Source: Tubulanus polymorphus (Eukaryota > Animalia > Nemertea). Taken from it: 64,000 nucleotides of DNA. Below are positions 12,679-23,910 of the stretch, piece by piece. A program made the translations under genes and the position numbers. Numbering within the stretch: position 1 is the first letter of the stretch; the number at the start of each line of letters is the position of its first letter. The notes beneath the pieces were generated by a model. That model was not told the origin of the DNA and did no database searches. It saw only the letters and a list, made by a program, of their open reading frames with translations. The stretch covers positions 17,739,653-17,803,652 of the forward strand of contig NC_134028.1 in NCBI RefSeq assembly GCF_964204645.1, written 5' to 3'.

Positions 12679-14586
12679 ATTTGAATGAACGTAGGGCTTA
12701 TTTCAGTATTCTAAAGCAGGAAATAATAAGCCCAATAAATAGGCCCTATTCCCATTGGAACAATTGTATAATGCGTACAGCAGCACTTATCAGTCAAGTA
12801 TGGAGAAATCGGTATACCAAACCTACGAACAGCAAAATGTACAGGCCTACAATGATTTCTGGTATACAAGCCGTGACCACATGAACGTTTTGGTTTGACT
12901 ATTAATGTCAGCAGGTCAGAGAAGGCCTGGCCAAATTTAATCACATGGCTCAAATCAATTAGCCTTTCTTCGTGTGAATACTTCACTGTATTGTTTTAAA
13001 AATAGGCCTATCGAGTGAATTAGTACAAAGACTGAATTAGACTTTAGGCTAGTCCTGACCAAATCCTATCCATGTTATAATTGCACCAGTTATAGTAACA
13101 TCACTGTAGGGCCGACGAGAGGGAAAAAGTTGTGTTTGTAGTACATAGGCATGGTAGGCTTGTTGTACTCACTTAATACTTAAAATGCTGTTGTTACCTG
13201 TACGTGACTGGTTGGTGATTTCTACAGGTTAGCCGTATGTGAGTACGTTGACGCTCAGACTTGCAATATTGGGATTCGAAAACCAAACGAAAAAAAATCC
13301 AGTTGTAGTCCAGTGATTTACCCACCACGGTGCCACAGAACGTAACTGCAGGGTGGATGAAATTTGATTTACAAATAGCCTAGCCATACCTAACCCAAAC
13401 TCTATTCTTTCACGCATGCGCGTTTGCAGATTATAGGAACTCACGTAAGGCATTTTTAGGGAACTCACGTACGGTTAACCTGTGGATATCACCGTACAGT
13501 CACGTACGCGTAACAACTTCGTACTTAAAAAATGGTATTGGCTACTATATAATAGGCCTATAGACAAATAAATACCGGTAGGCTTTCTTAGCTTCCACAC
13601 TTCACAACCGAACCAACTGACCAACCAGTATATTTATTCCCAGTACGCACCAACCGGCACAGGCCTAACACTGTTTGTCAACTGTGTGTACCGTAGTAGG
13701 CTATCGATAACCACCTGATACTTTTCTGTCGTTTGTTTTCTCTCTGAGACGAACGTAATTCTGCACCGTAATTCTAGTAGCCCTCTGCGACTCAACGACC
13801 TTGATTTAAACTTGATCAATTCAAAATCTGTTTATTGACGCTTTTGGTTACATGAACTGATCAGCAATATACTTAAATGAAATAACCGCAATAACAAGAA
13901 ATCAAAAATATTAAAGAGGTAACAAACAAATGCCCGTAAACCTGTCAGACACGCGAACGCCGGACTCGTAAACTATTGGACTCGGACCCGCTGAGCAATA
14001 AATTCATAAAATTGACTATGGAATTGATTGTGGAGAAGAGAGGGAATAATTCGATAGCTCTTCCTCATAAAGAAGAGAGAAATTTCGGAAAGAAAACACA
14101 ACATGGCTACTAATTGAACGGAGCCAAATTTCCGATGTTAACGGCTCGACAGTGCCTTTATAACGTGGATTTATCAAAATTCCCATGCAGTATCTGGAGA
14201 TTGAAGTGAGCTGAAGGATATCATACGGATTGTATCGGCGACAGCGGTAAGGTAAGGAAGCCTTAACACTTTTAACAAAAACTGTGTGGAAAAGAAAAAA
14301 AAAAAATAATAATAATCACGCAAATTTCAATAGGGTTTTCTGTGAAGAAACAGAAAACCCTAATTACGGAACTTTAACTAGTTGATGATCCTAAATGCTG
14401 GGAAACTGCATCTGAGCAGCTACAAATAGAAAATTTTTCAGGGGGAGGCCCCCGGACCCCCTCTCCCGATAAATGCTCGTTGTCACGTACGTACCGCCCC
14501 TGGGAATGTTTTTGCAATGGAAGACACTGCAAAGACTCCACACATTTGACTTGTAAAGAGAATGTAGTTTCAAAGTCAATATTCAC

Positions 14587-14657
14587 CTTGAGTCGTTACT
14601 TCCTCTATTACTGGCTTTAGTTGATAGTTCAATTCTTGTCTTGACAGTAAATATTTC
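14587..14657 (-). CDS. VWA8: VWA8 exon: (Q)KYLLSRQELNYQLKPVIEEVTTQ
   Basis: tttacag acceptor and G|gtgaat donor; phase 2->1; QKYLL matches VWA8. Confidence 0.8.
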
Positions 14658-14764
14658 CTGTAAATATTCAAGCAAACTTTTTCATCTGTTCCCTGAGGTC
14701 ATAATCGAACAGTACTGGTAGATCAAATGTTTCATTCTTGAAATCTTCAATCTTTCATAATTAC

Positions 14765-14890
14765 TGCATAGTATCCGACTCAGTGAGCATCCATGTGTCC
14801 AATGATATCATCTGCACATTATCTACTTCGAATGGTAGTTTAATTGGATGACATTTATTATTCCAAACATCCATCACATCTAAATTCATA
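14765..14890 (-). CDS. VWA8: VWA8 exon: MNLDVMDVWNNKCHPIKLPFEVDNVQMISLDTWMLTESDTM
   Basis: ttttcag acceptor and CA|gtaatt donor; phase 2->2; resembles VWA8 LTVLDVLEGRTHTISLP...DKWLLVES. Confidence 0.85.
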
Positions 14891-15138
14891 CTGAAAATAA
14901 ATGAACATATACTCAGAGCTGCCAACCTTAAACAAGAAACGAAATTCTTAATATGGACTTTCCTAAATTAACATGAGTGTATGTTTAATCAGCATCAAAA
15001 TTAAACATTGGTAGTGTAGATTAGAGATTATAAGCAGAACAAATGAAAAATAGTGAAAACTATTGGATTGAATTCAAATGATAGGAAAAGGCTGACTTTT
15101 TACAGATAGATCGAAAATAAGGACGGAAAATATCAAGA

Positions 15139-16397
15139 AACTAGGGGTCCAGGGACACCATGCCCACTTGGGAAGTGGTTCCAAATGCTCATCAATCTAA
15201 CAATTTCAATATTCAACGCCCCCTGGTGACCATATACAGAATCCAATGACCTTGAAACTCACCACAATCATAGAACATGTCAGCAGCTACGATTTTGTAA
15301 TTGATTGTGATAACAAAATATGCCTCGTTACCACTTTAATATGGAAATACTAAGTTATTCTACTATTCAACGCCCCCTGGTGACCATATTCAAAACCCAA
15401 TGACCTTGAAACTCACCATAATCATAGAACATATCACGAACTATAACTTTGTAATTGATCATGGTAACAAAATATGCCTAGGTACCAATATAGTAAGGAA
15501 ATACTAAGTTATTCTACTATTCAACGCCCCCTGGTGACCATATAGAATAACTAATGGCCTTAAAACTTGCCACAATAATAGATGATGTCATGAGCTACAA
15601 CTTTGCAATTGATTGTGGTTACAAAATATGCATTGATACGAATATAATATAGAAATACTCAGATATTGCATTATTCAACGCCCCCTGGTGGCCATATACA
15701 AAAACCAATGACCTTGAAACTCACCACAATCATAGAACACGTTATGATCTACAATTTTCTAAATGATTGTGGTAACAAAATACGCTTAGGTATCAATATA
15801 ATGTGAAAAAACTTTTTCCCACTTACGAATGAGTACTGCTGACACCAAGATGGCCGCCAATTGCGTCATAATTGGCTGATGAAAAATACCTGTCTCAGGT
15901 ATAAAACATCCCTTTCCAAAGAATACCCATCACGAATTGCAATGAGAAATGATAAACCAGTAGGAAGCTACATGACTCAGAATTTGGGCCAAAATTAACA
16001 TTTTTGGGCACTAAGAAGGTCATAGGACGGCCATCTTGAGTCTGATCGACCCAATTTTTGTTATACTGATGGGCCCAGGGGGAATTTACATATATCCGAA
16101 AGATCAAGGTAATTGATCAAAGCATCTTCAAAATTTCCCTCAAAAAGTTCAAAAATGTGTAAAAAGTGCTGATTTTGGCGAACAACAATGGCTGCCAGTC
16201 GGCCATCTTGAATCTGACGGGCCAGTTTTTGGGCTGAAGATGTGTCTAGGGTAGATACATGTGTAACCCAAATATCAAGACATTACCTTGTAGCGTCTTC
16301 AAAACTTCCCAAAATAACTGGATTCCGTCTACGGACGGACGGACGGACGAAAAGTGAACGCAATAGCCCGCTGGGACTAAAGTCCCAAGTGGGCTAA
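15139..16397 (+). mobile_element. HINE family A (Helentron/DINE-1-like) element with 4 x ~154-bp internal tandem repeats
   Basis: Subterminal inverted repeats GCCCACTTGGG / CCCAAGTGGGC, 3' hairpin GGGACTAAAGTCCC, (GGAC)n microsatellite, and TTCAACGCCCC at 154-bp spacing. Confidence 0.85.
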
Positions 16398-16404
16398 AAA
16401 AAGT

Positions 16405-18583
16405 AAAAACAAATTGCCCCTTGGCAAAGTGGTTTACCTCGAATAGTATTAGTTTGTTGACGATAGTCATTCACTTTTAATACAGACTCGCGTAAATAGG
16501 ATAAATTGTTGTCATTCCTAATTAAGTGGATTCTTCAGTAAATACATTTATACATAGTTGAATACATGGCAGTACGTACAAGTTGTATTCAGTGGAGATA
16601 GGATTTAAATATGGAATACAGCAGACGAGAATTCAATCAATTAACAACAAAGACACATCATTTTAATAGGATTAAATCAAGTTAAAATTCAATAATTGTT
16701 GTCAAATATTGTGTCTTGGTTTGTTAATTTAGGAAATAAATATATGAAGTCTCAAATTTTTAGTTGTGCTGATGGTTGTCAAGGATACCATTTAGTAAAA
16801 TGAGAAAAACATCTAAATTTTGTATAGAAACTAAATTTATTTATTACATATTTAAAAATAATACTTATCAAATAACAATATGCGATAAAATAACTCTGTT
16901 AACATTTTAAAAATGAATAAATGCTTTAATGGTAAATACAGTGAATTAGCATTATAAAGAGATTTGTCATATAACACTACGATTCATTTAAAATGGATGA
17001 CATCATCAGACGTGGAATGGTTGTTGATTAAATTGATTTCAATGTTTGGATGTATTAACCAAATAAGGCTGCCTCCCAAAATCATATTACAGTGTATAAA
17101 ATTGAAGTCGTCAAGTGTATAGAAGCAAAGACTATAAAAATATAAAAGTGCCTTGTTAAATATCTTAATGAAATGATTAATTTGCGTCATAGAATTAAAA
17201 TTAATTTAACAGAAGTCAATGTTTTTCTACAACTGCTCTTAGATGAATTATAAAGTAATTAATCAAAAAAAGTTGAATTATCAAACTTCAATGAAATTAA
17301 GATAAAATATTAGAAATGATTTGATAACACCAGTTGGACATAGATATTTTAATCTCGCAGGCTAGCATCGTGATCAGTGTCCTCGTATTTGCATAAAATT
17401 AAGATATAATAACAGAAATGACATAGATATTAACAACGCAGGCTAGCGTCGGAATTATTGTCCTCGTATTTGCATAAAATTAAGATATACTAACTGAAAG
17501 ACATAGATATTAACAACGCAGGCTAGCGTCAGAATTATTGTCCTCGTATTTGTATAAAATTAAGATATAATAACTGAAATGATTTGATAACACCCGTTGG
17601 ACATAGATATTTTAATCCTGCAGGCTAGCATTGGAATCATCGTTGCGTACTGTTTAAAATGACGTCATAGTAACAGAAATGATTTGATAACACTAGTTGG
17701 ACATAGATATTCTAATCCAGCAGGCAGGCGTCAGAATCTTCATCCTCATCCAGTAGACGGGCGTCAGGATCTTCATAAACATTGTTTTGAGTCGTGACAT
17801 CTGGTTTGTTACTCCCTGCCAAATTAAAATATTTATCAGACCATTATTCACGTTGCCATGATAAATATGTTACCAGAAAGTTTTTGGGAGATTTCATAGT
17901 AATTTGATTTAAAGTTTTTTTTGTTATCATGGAAGAAAATTGCAGTGATTGGATCATGAAAATTAGCAATTGCATCATAATATTGCAGGATATTTTAAGG
18001 AGGGAAATGAAGTGAATAAGTATATGTACAAACAGGTTATTTTTGATGAACGGACTACATGCATTTGGTTTTAGACCTTGCACATATAGTCTAAATTGTT
18101 CAGAAGTTTGAGTTTAGACTAAATTTTTGATTTAGCCAGCTATTAACTAATGATGTGTAATTTTTAAGGAGGAAATATAATTTACCAGAGGTGGAGGCTT
18201 TAGGCTGTTTTTGAAGGTCATTTTCTGCCAGACCTATGATGGAGTCACCTGTAAATATACATACATTAATTTCATATAATATCCTACACGTTTTGAAATC
18301 GATATTTAGTACAATAAATTAGAAGGTTCTGTCCATAGAGGTAATGCTGGAGTTAGCAAATTTTAACTGGTATAGACAAATAGTTGGTTTATCGTAGAAT
18401 TTTAACAAAGTTGACCATGTACATCGACGGAGGTTCGTCATGTCTTCAAGCGCATCGATTATACGTCGTTTAACCCAAGAACCAATGAAACAAATGCTCA
18501 CACAAAAAAACGTACCGCGATTTTACATGAAATTGGCTCAATGCTAATATCGCCTCATATCGCTGACAAAGGTATACCAAAAA
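16405..18583 (+). mobile_element. HINE family B ends enclosing ~1.9 kb of unrelated cargo
   Basis: The 5' end TTGCCCCTTGGCAAAGTGGTTTACCT and 3' portion 18380-18583 match family B; the interior is unrelated to other copies. Confidence 0.6.
17315..17735. repeat. Tandem array, ~60-120-bp units (GACATAGATATT...GCAGGCTAGC), about 5 copies
   Basis: The motif recurs at about 17337, 17420, 17500, 17600 and 17700. Confidence 0.8.
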
Positions 18584-18647
18584 TTAATAATATAAAGTTA
18601 TAACATATCAAAATATCAAAGTTTTTGAGGTCAAAATTCTTCAAAAT

Positions 18648-19305
18648 AGTCAACCTCAGTTAATCCGTCTCGGGTTAAACCCGATAACTGCTTATTCTGT
18701 ATAAATAAATTGGTACCGTTTTTCAGTAACGTTATTCCCTTTAAAATTCTGTGTCTTGAAGTGAAAAAAAGTATAAACATCTATAATCTAATGAGATTTA
18801 TGTGGTCAGTAGGAACTCCAGAAAATACTGAAGTTAATTCATCAATGTCATAGTGTCAAGCTTCACTATATATTCAGTACAGATGCTATTATCTGTCAAT
18901 CAGCAAGTCAAGTAAATGGCCTGTGAGTTATCTGTAATAGACACACGATGGCTTCAAAATACTGAGTCCTACCCTACTGAAACCAGTTGGTTTGTGCTTC
19001 ATCACACCAGGGGGTGTTTTCTTTTCATGTATAAATGATATCAAATGGATCTAATAAACCATCGGATACTATGAACCTTTTATTCCCCCCTTGGATCGTT
19101 AGAACGTGGTTCTACTGTTGTAGTCATCCACGGTTTGAGAGATAACTTAACCAGCTATTATATGGATTGTGCATTCAAATCATACGGCCGTCAATAAACG
19201 GGTAATAGTGAATCCTTATAACTTACGAGTTATCTGTTATCCGTACATCACCTAATCCGTACTAAAGCTCAGTCCCTAGTGATACGGATTAACCGAGGTT
19301 GACTG
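18648..19305. mobile_element. Tc1/mariner (pogo/Tigger-like) MITE at a TA site
   Basis: AGTCAACCTCAGTTAATCCGT / ACGGATTAACCGAGGTTGACTG|TA; the empty-site version is visible at about 9400. Confidence 0.75.
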
Positions 19306-19978
19306 TATTAGAATGTGAAATCACTTCCGGGTTTGGATTCTCAAGTATCAGCAGTTGGGGTGCGCTAAGAACTATGGCTCAACACGCTGCAAGGCGCTTG
19401 TAACATAAGAACAATGCAAGATGGGTCGGGCTGTCGACTACAGTCACCTACGGCAAGTTAAGGGTTAAAGGTTACTTGATATCACTAGCAAAGTATGAAT
19501 AATTAGCCTTAACATGTTAATCAACTTGGACAACTTATTTCATCATCACACCAAAACAAATATTGCACCATTTCTCTATTTTCTGGATTTGTAGTGAACA
19601 TAAGGTGGCTGAATGAATCGTACGTGATTCAATCAAGATCAATCTGCTTCTCCATATTTTTGAAAGCCCACAACAGTTTCAGTTTGACTGCCAACAAGTT
19701 GTTGATGAACAGAAGATAGTCCATAGAGACTGTATTAAGTTCAACTTAGTTAAATGCACAGTTTGAAGGAAGTCCCACATGTTACATTTAACATCTGATC
19801 TATGGCTTGTGCGTGCGGGTACCACGAAGTTATTTCAGATCAGAAATGCCTTTACTCAGGTGGAATATCATAGAAAGTGGTGTTTGATGTTGTATGGACA
19901 AACTGAATCCACTGACAGTGTCTAGTGTAGATAGGGATTGTATGCACCATTCAACATCCACTTGAAATCTGAAACAAT

Positions 19979-21415
19979 AAACTAGTGGTCCAGGGACACC
20001 ATGCCCACTTGGTAAGTGGTTTCAGATGCTCAACAATCTAACAATTTCAATATTCAACGTCCCCATACAATGACCATGAAAAAATCCAATGACCTTGAAA
20101 CTCACCACAATCAAAAACCATGTCAGCAGCTACAATTTTGTAATTGATTGTGGTAACAAAATATGCCTAGTTAGCGATATGATACAGAATTATTAAGTTA
20201 TTCTACTATTCAACACCCCCTGGTGACCACAAGCGAAGCCCAACGACCTTTAAACTCACCATAATCATAGAACATGTCATGAGCTACAACTTTGCAATTG
20301 ACCATGGTAACAAAATATGCCTAGGTACCAATATAATAAGGAAATACCAAGTTGTTCTATCCAACGCCCCCTAGTGACCATATAGAATAACTAATGTCCT
20401 CGAAACTCACCACAATCATTGACCATGTCATGGGCTACAACTCTTCAATTGAGGTAACAAAATATGCATAGGTACAAATATAATATAGAAATCCTAAGTT
20501 ATCACATTGTTCAACGCCCCTGGTGGCCATATGCAATAACCAATGACCTTGAAACTCACTGCGATCATAGACCATATAATGAGCTACAACTTTCCAATTG
20601 AATTTGGTAGCAAAATATGTATAGGTACGAATATAATATAGAAATCCTAAGTTATAGTATTGTTCAATGCCCCTGGTGGCCATATACAAAAACCAATGAC
20701 CTTGAAACTCAGAACGATCATAGACCATGTCATGAGCTACAACTTTCCAATTGATTGTGGTAGTAAAATATGCATAGGTACGAATATAATATAGAAATCC
20801 TAAGTTATTGTATTGTTCAATGGCTCTTGGTGGCCATATACAAAAACCAATGACCTTGAAACTCACCACGATCATAGACCATCTCATGAGCTACATCTTT
20901 CCAATCGATTGTGGTTACAAAATATGTTTTAGTATCAATATATTCTGGAAAAACTTTTTTCCACCTACGTATGTGTACTGATGATACCAAGATGGCCGCC
21001 AATTGCGTCATAATTGCCTGCTCAAATATACCTGCCTCGGGTATAAAAGATCCTTTCCTAAGAAAACTTCCAAACAAATTGCAATGAAAAATGGCAAACC
21101 AGTAGGAAGCTACAGAAGCTACAAAATTTACTTTTTTGGGCACTAAAAAGGTAATAGGATGGCCATCTTGAGTCAGATCGATTGCTGATTTTGGCAAACA
21201 ACAATGCCTGCCAGTCGGCCATCTTGAATCTGACAGGGCCAGTTTTTGGGCTGAAGATGTATCTAGCATAGATACATGTGTAACCCAAATATCAAGACAT
21301 TACATTGAAGCGTCTTCCCAAAATAACTGGATTCCGTTGGACACCATGACGGATAAACGGACAGGCAAAAAGTGAACGCAATATCCCGCTCGGACTTAAG
21401 TCCCAAGTGGGCTAA
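19979..21415 (+). mobile_element. HINE family A, diverged copy with about 6 internal repeats
   Basis: Same termini and ~153-bp unit as 15139-16397; accounts for the repetitive spurious ORFs at 20435-21288. Confidence 0.85.
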
Positions 21416-23910
21416 ATAGTGGAAACATTCTACTCATTTTATGGTTACATGGGGTCCTATGCAGCTAGAAAGCAGATGGTCTACAGGCGTAATAAATCAT
21501 TTCATACTAGGCCTGAAATGAAATTACGCTGTATACTTTAAAAACAATACAAGGTATGTAGCCCTGTAAAACAATTACCTTGGTGGATCAAGGTTTGCCA
21601 CTAGATAAATCAACAGAAAATACAAGCTCATGACAACGTGGCATCACAGTTGTTTACTTTTTTCAAGGAATTTTGCCAGCTTAAGGCATTGACAGAATAA
21701 AACAGTCAGAATTCCATCAACATTGGACATAACATTACCATACTTTACTGAGTTTGTACACTACATTAGATAATTCTATCATATTCGGCGAAAAAGATAA
21801 AATTCACTTGCCTAATAGACGTCCAAAGAGGCGTGTATTCCTCATTCATCTTAACTGGTTGTTTGGAGAATGCCCCCAACTGCTTAGTGTATTCCCTAAC
21901 CAACCAATCTGAGTGCAGTTTTTCCATGATGACGTCAAAAAGCGCAATTATGTAGGCCGCGGCCTGAACCGTTTAAGGCCGGTATAAGAGCTCACGTGAT
22001 CACTGCTGATCACCACGGAGACGAATGAAGGTATATTCTGGATGGAACATATATTTGCAAAAACTAATAAAGGACCAATGGCCCAGAAGCTCACCGACAT
22101 GATAATCTGAGAAGCAAAAGGAAGAAAGCGAAATATGCTTTCAAAGAAGTGGCTGCTGACCTGGTCCCAATGAGTAATTGGTCAGGAAGATCTCATCGAG
22201 AGATTAAGTCTGGCATTGTTAATCTTACCAGTCAATCCTGTGACAACATTGAACCTTGCATTTGAAATTGGGGTGGAGGGGGGGGGAATAAGCAAAGCTT
22301 AGTTGACAAAGAACCGTGAGATGGAGAGGTAACACTTATAAAATAAATAATAAAATGTTTTATTTTTTTGCAAAATAACAAGCTAATTTTTTTTACAATA
22401 ACTTGAATCTTGAATAGTTCAGATGTTCCGTCGTACATGTATCTAGGTTATGGTTTCCCGTTTTCTAATAATTTAGGGAAATAACTTTAAAAAAAGCGAA
22501 ATTTCACACTCTGCATTAATAAGATTGAAGTATTTATTCATTTGACAAATTTTCCTCTGAACTCTCACCGACAAGTTATAAGTGGCGACACGAAAATGAC
22601 GTCATCGACTCACTACCATCTTAAAAAGAGAAAATATATGTTTTACTGATGCTTCTGTATTCCATTGCCCTAGCAAACTAATTAATGACCAAATATCGCG
22701 AGTTGCTAAATTATGCTAAAATATTAAGTTCGTTCGCATCATCTCGAAATTTCAGCCTGGCCACCCTCAAGGAATGTTTTAAATGCCTGTGCAATGTTCT
22801 ATCAAAATCATTGAAGAAACTGTTTGCATGCACAAACACGCATTGTAGCGACAGATAAGAAGACAAAGCAATTCAAACCCACCATTCATATCGCTAAATC
22901 AGGTCTTTAATTATGTTGTTATAACTTTTTTCGGAAATAATTCAGTAATTGCACATTCGCTAGTAAAAGATTTACGGTCATCTCGTACCCAGGTCAACTC
23001 GTACCTGGTCAAGTCGTACCCTATCTTTGGTCAACTCGTACCCTATGTTTTCTTAACTCGTAACCACTCGATAATGATTTTTTTTCTTTCATGTCTCATA
23101 TCGAGAAGCCTAGAATCGAAACGAAGAAATTGTAGACAGGTTATGAAGAATGTTGTTAAACAATACGGCACATGCGCATTGGAAAATCGGATGCGCATGT
23201 CGTCATAAAATTTGAAGCAATTTATGATTGTCGCGGCAAATGCCGATTTTTGCCAGGTTCTAAATATTGCCGCGGCGGATTTACTTAATTTCTTCAAAAA
23301 CGTAGTATTCAAAGAAAAAAACGTAATTCAGTAAATTATTGCCGCGGCTTTCGAGGCTGCACTTCCAACGCCACGATAGTCGTGGATTGAAAGCGGTTCG
23401 AACCCCGAATAAAGATTTCCTTTGGTTTTACTTTCTCTTATGTTCATTGGAACATAAAAATTTAGTCTGGAATAAAGATTTTATCTGGATTTATTTACTT
23501 TCACCTTCCTTTTCCTTTAGGGGTCTAGAATTATTCCGTTCATCGATTTGTTAACCGGTGACTTTCAAATTAAAATACTAACAACCAAAATTAGTTTATA
23601 GGTATTTATACTTTATTTTTACAAAATAGCATTAACGATATAGAAAAAATGAATGAATAAAAAATATAATGCACCAATATTTATCATATGTTATTTATCT
23701 CCCATTGTTCATATTTTTTGCATCATCTTTTAATCTAAAATGCACCAATCTCGAGCACAATTTACATAGTAGATTTAAATCTTTATTTTTACAAAAAAGC
23801 ATTTTGAAAAAATTTATGAATAAGAATGCACAATATTTGATACGCAATATTTAGCTAGCAGCACAATCGGTTGATAACATAAACTAATATTCCAAGTTCA
23901 CAATTATATA

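Noticed and set aside
15895-16107. 70-aa ORF duplicated at 56584-56796
   Set aside because: Identity reflects recent TE copies; no ATG start and no recognisable domain.
17315-17735. Possible CRISPR-like array
   Set aside because: Eukaryotic context, no unique spacers (intervening sequences are homologous), no cas genes.
19790-19968. Possible extra VWA8 exon (good acceptor at 19969)
   Set aside because: Flanking exons already join in phase with continuous VWA8 similarity, and the translation does not resemble VWA8.
20435-21288. 150-aa ORFs with internal repeats
   Set aside because: They are translations of the HINE ~153-bp tandem array; related copies contain stops.
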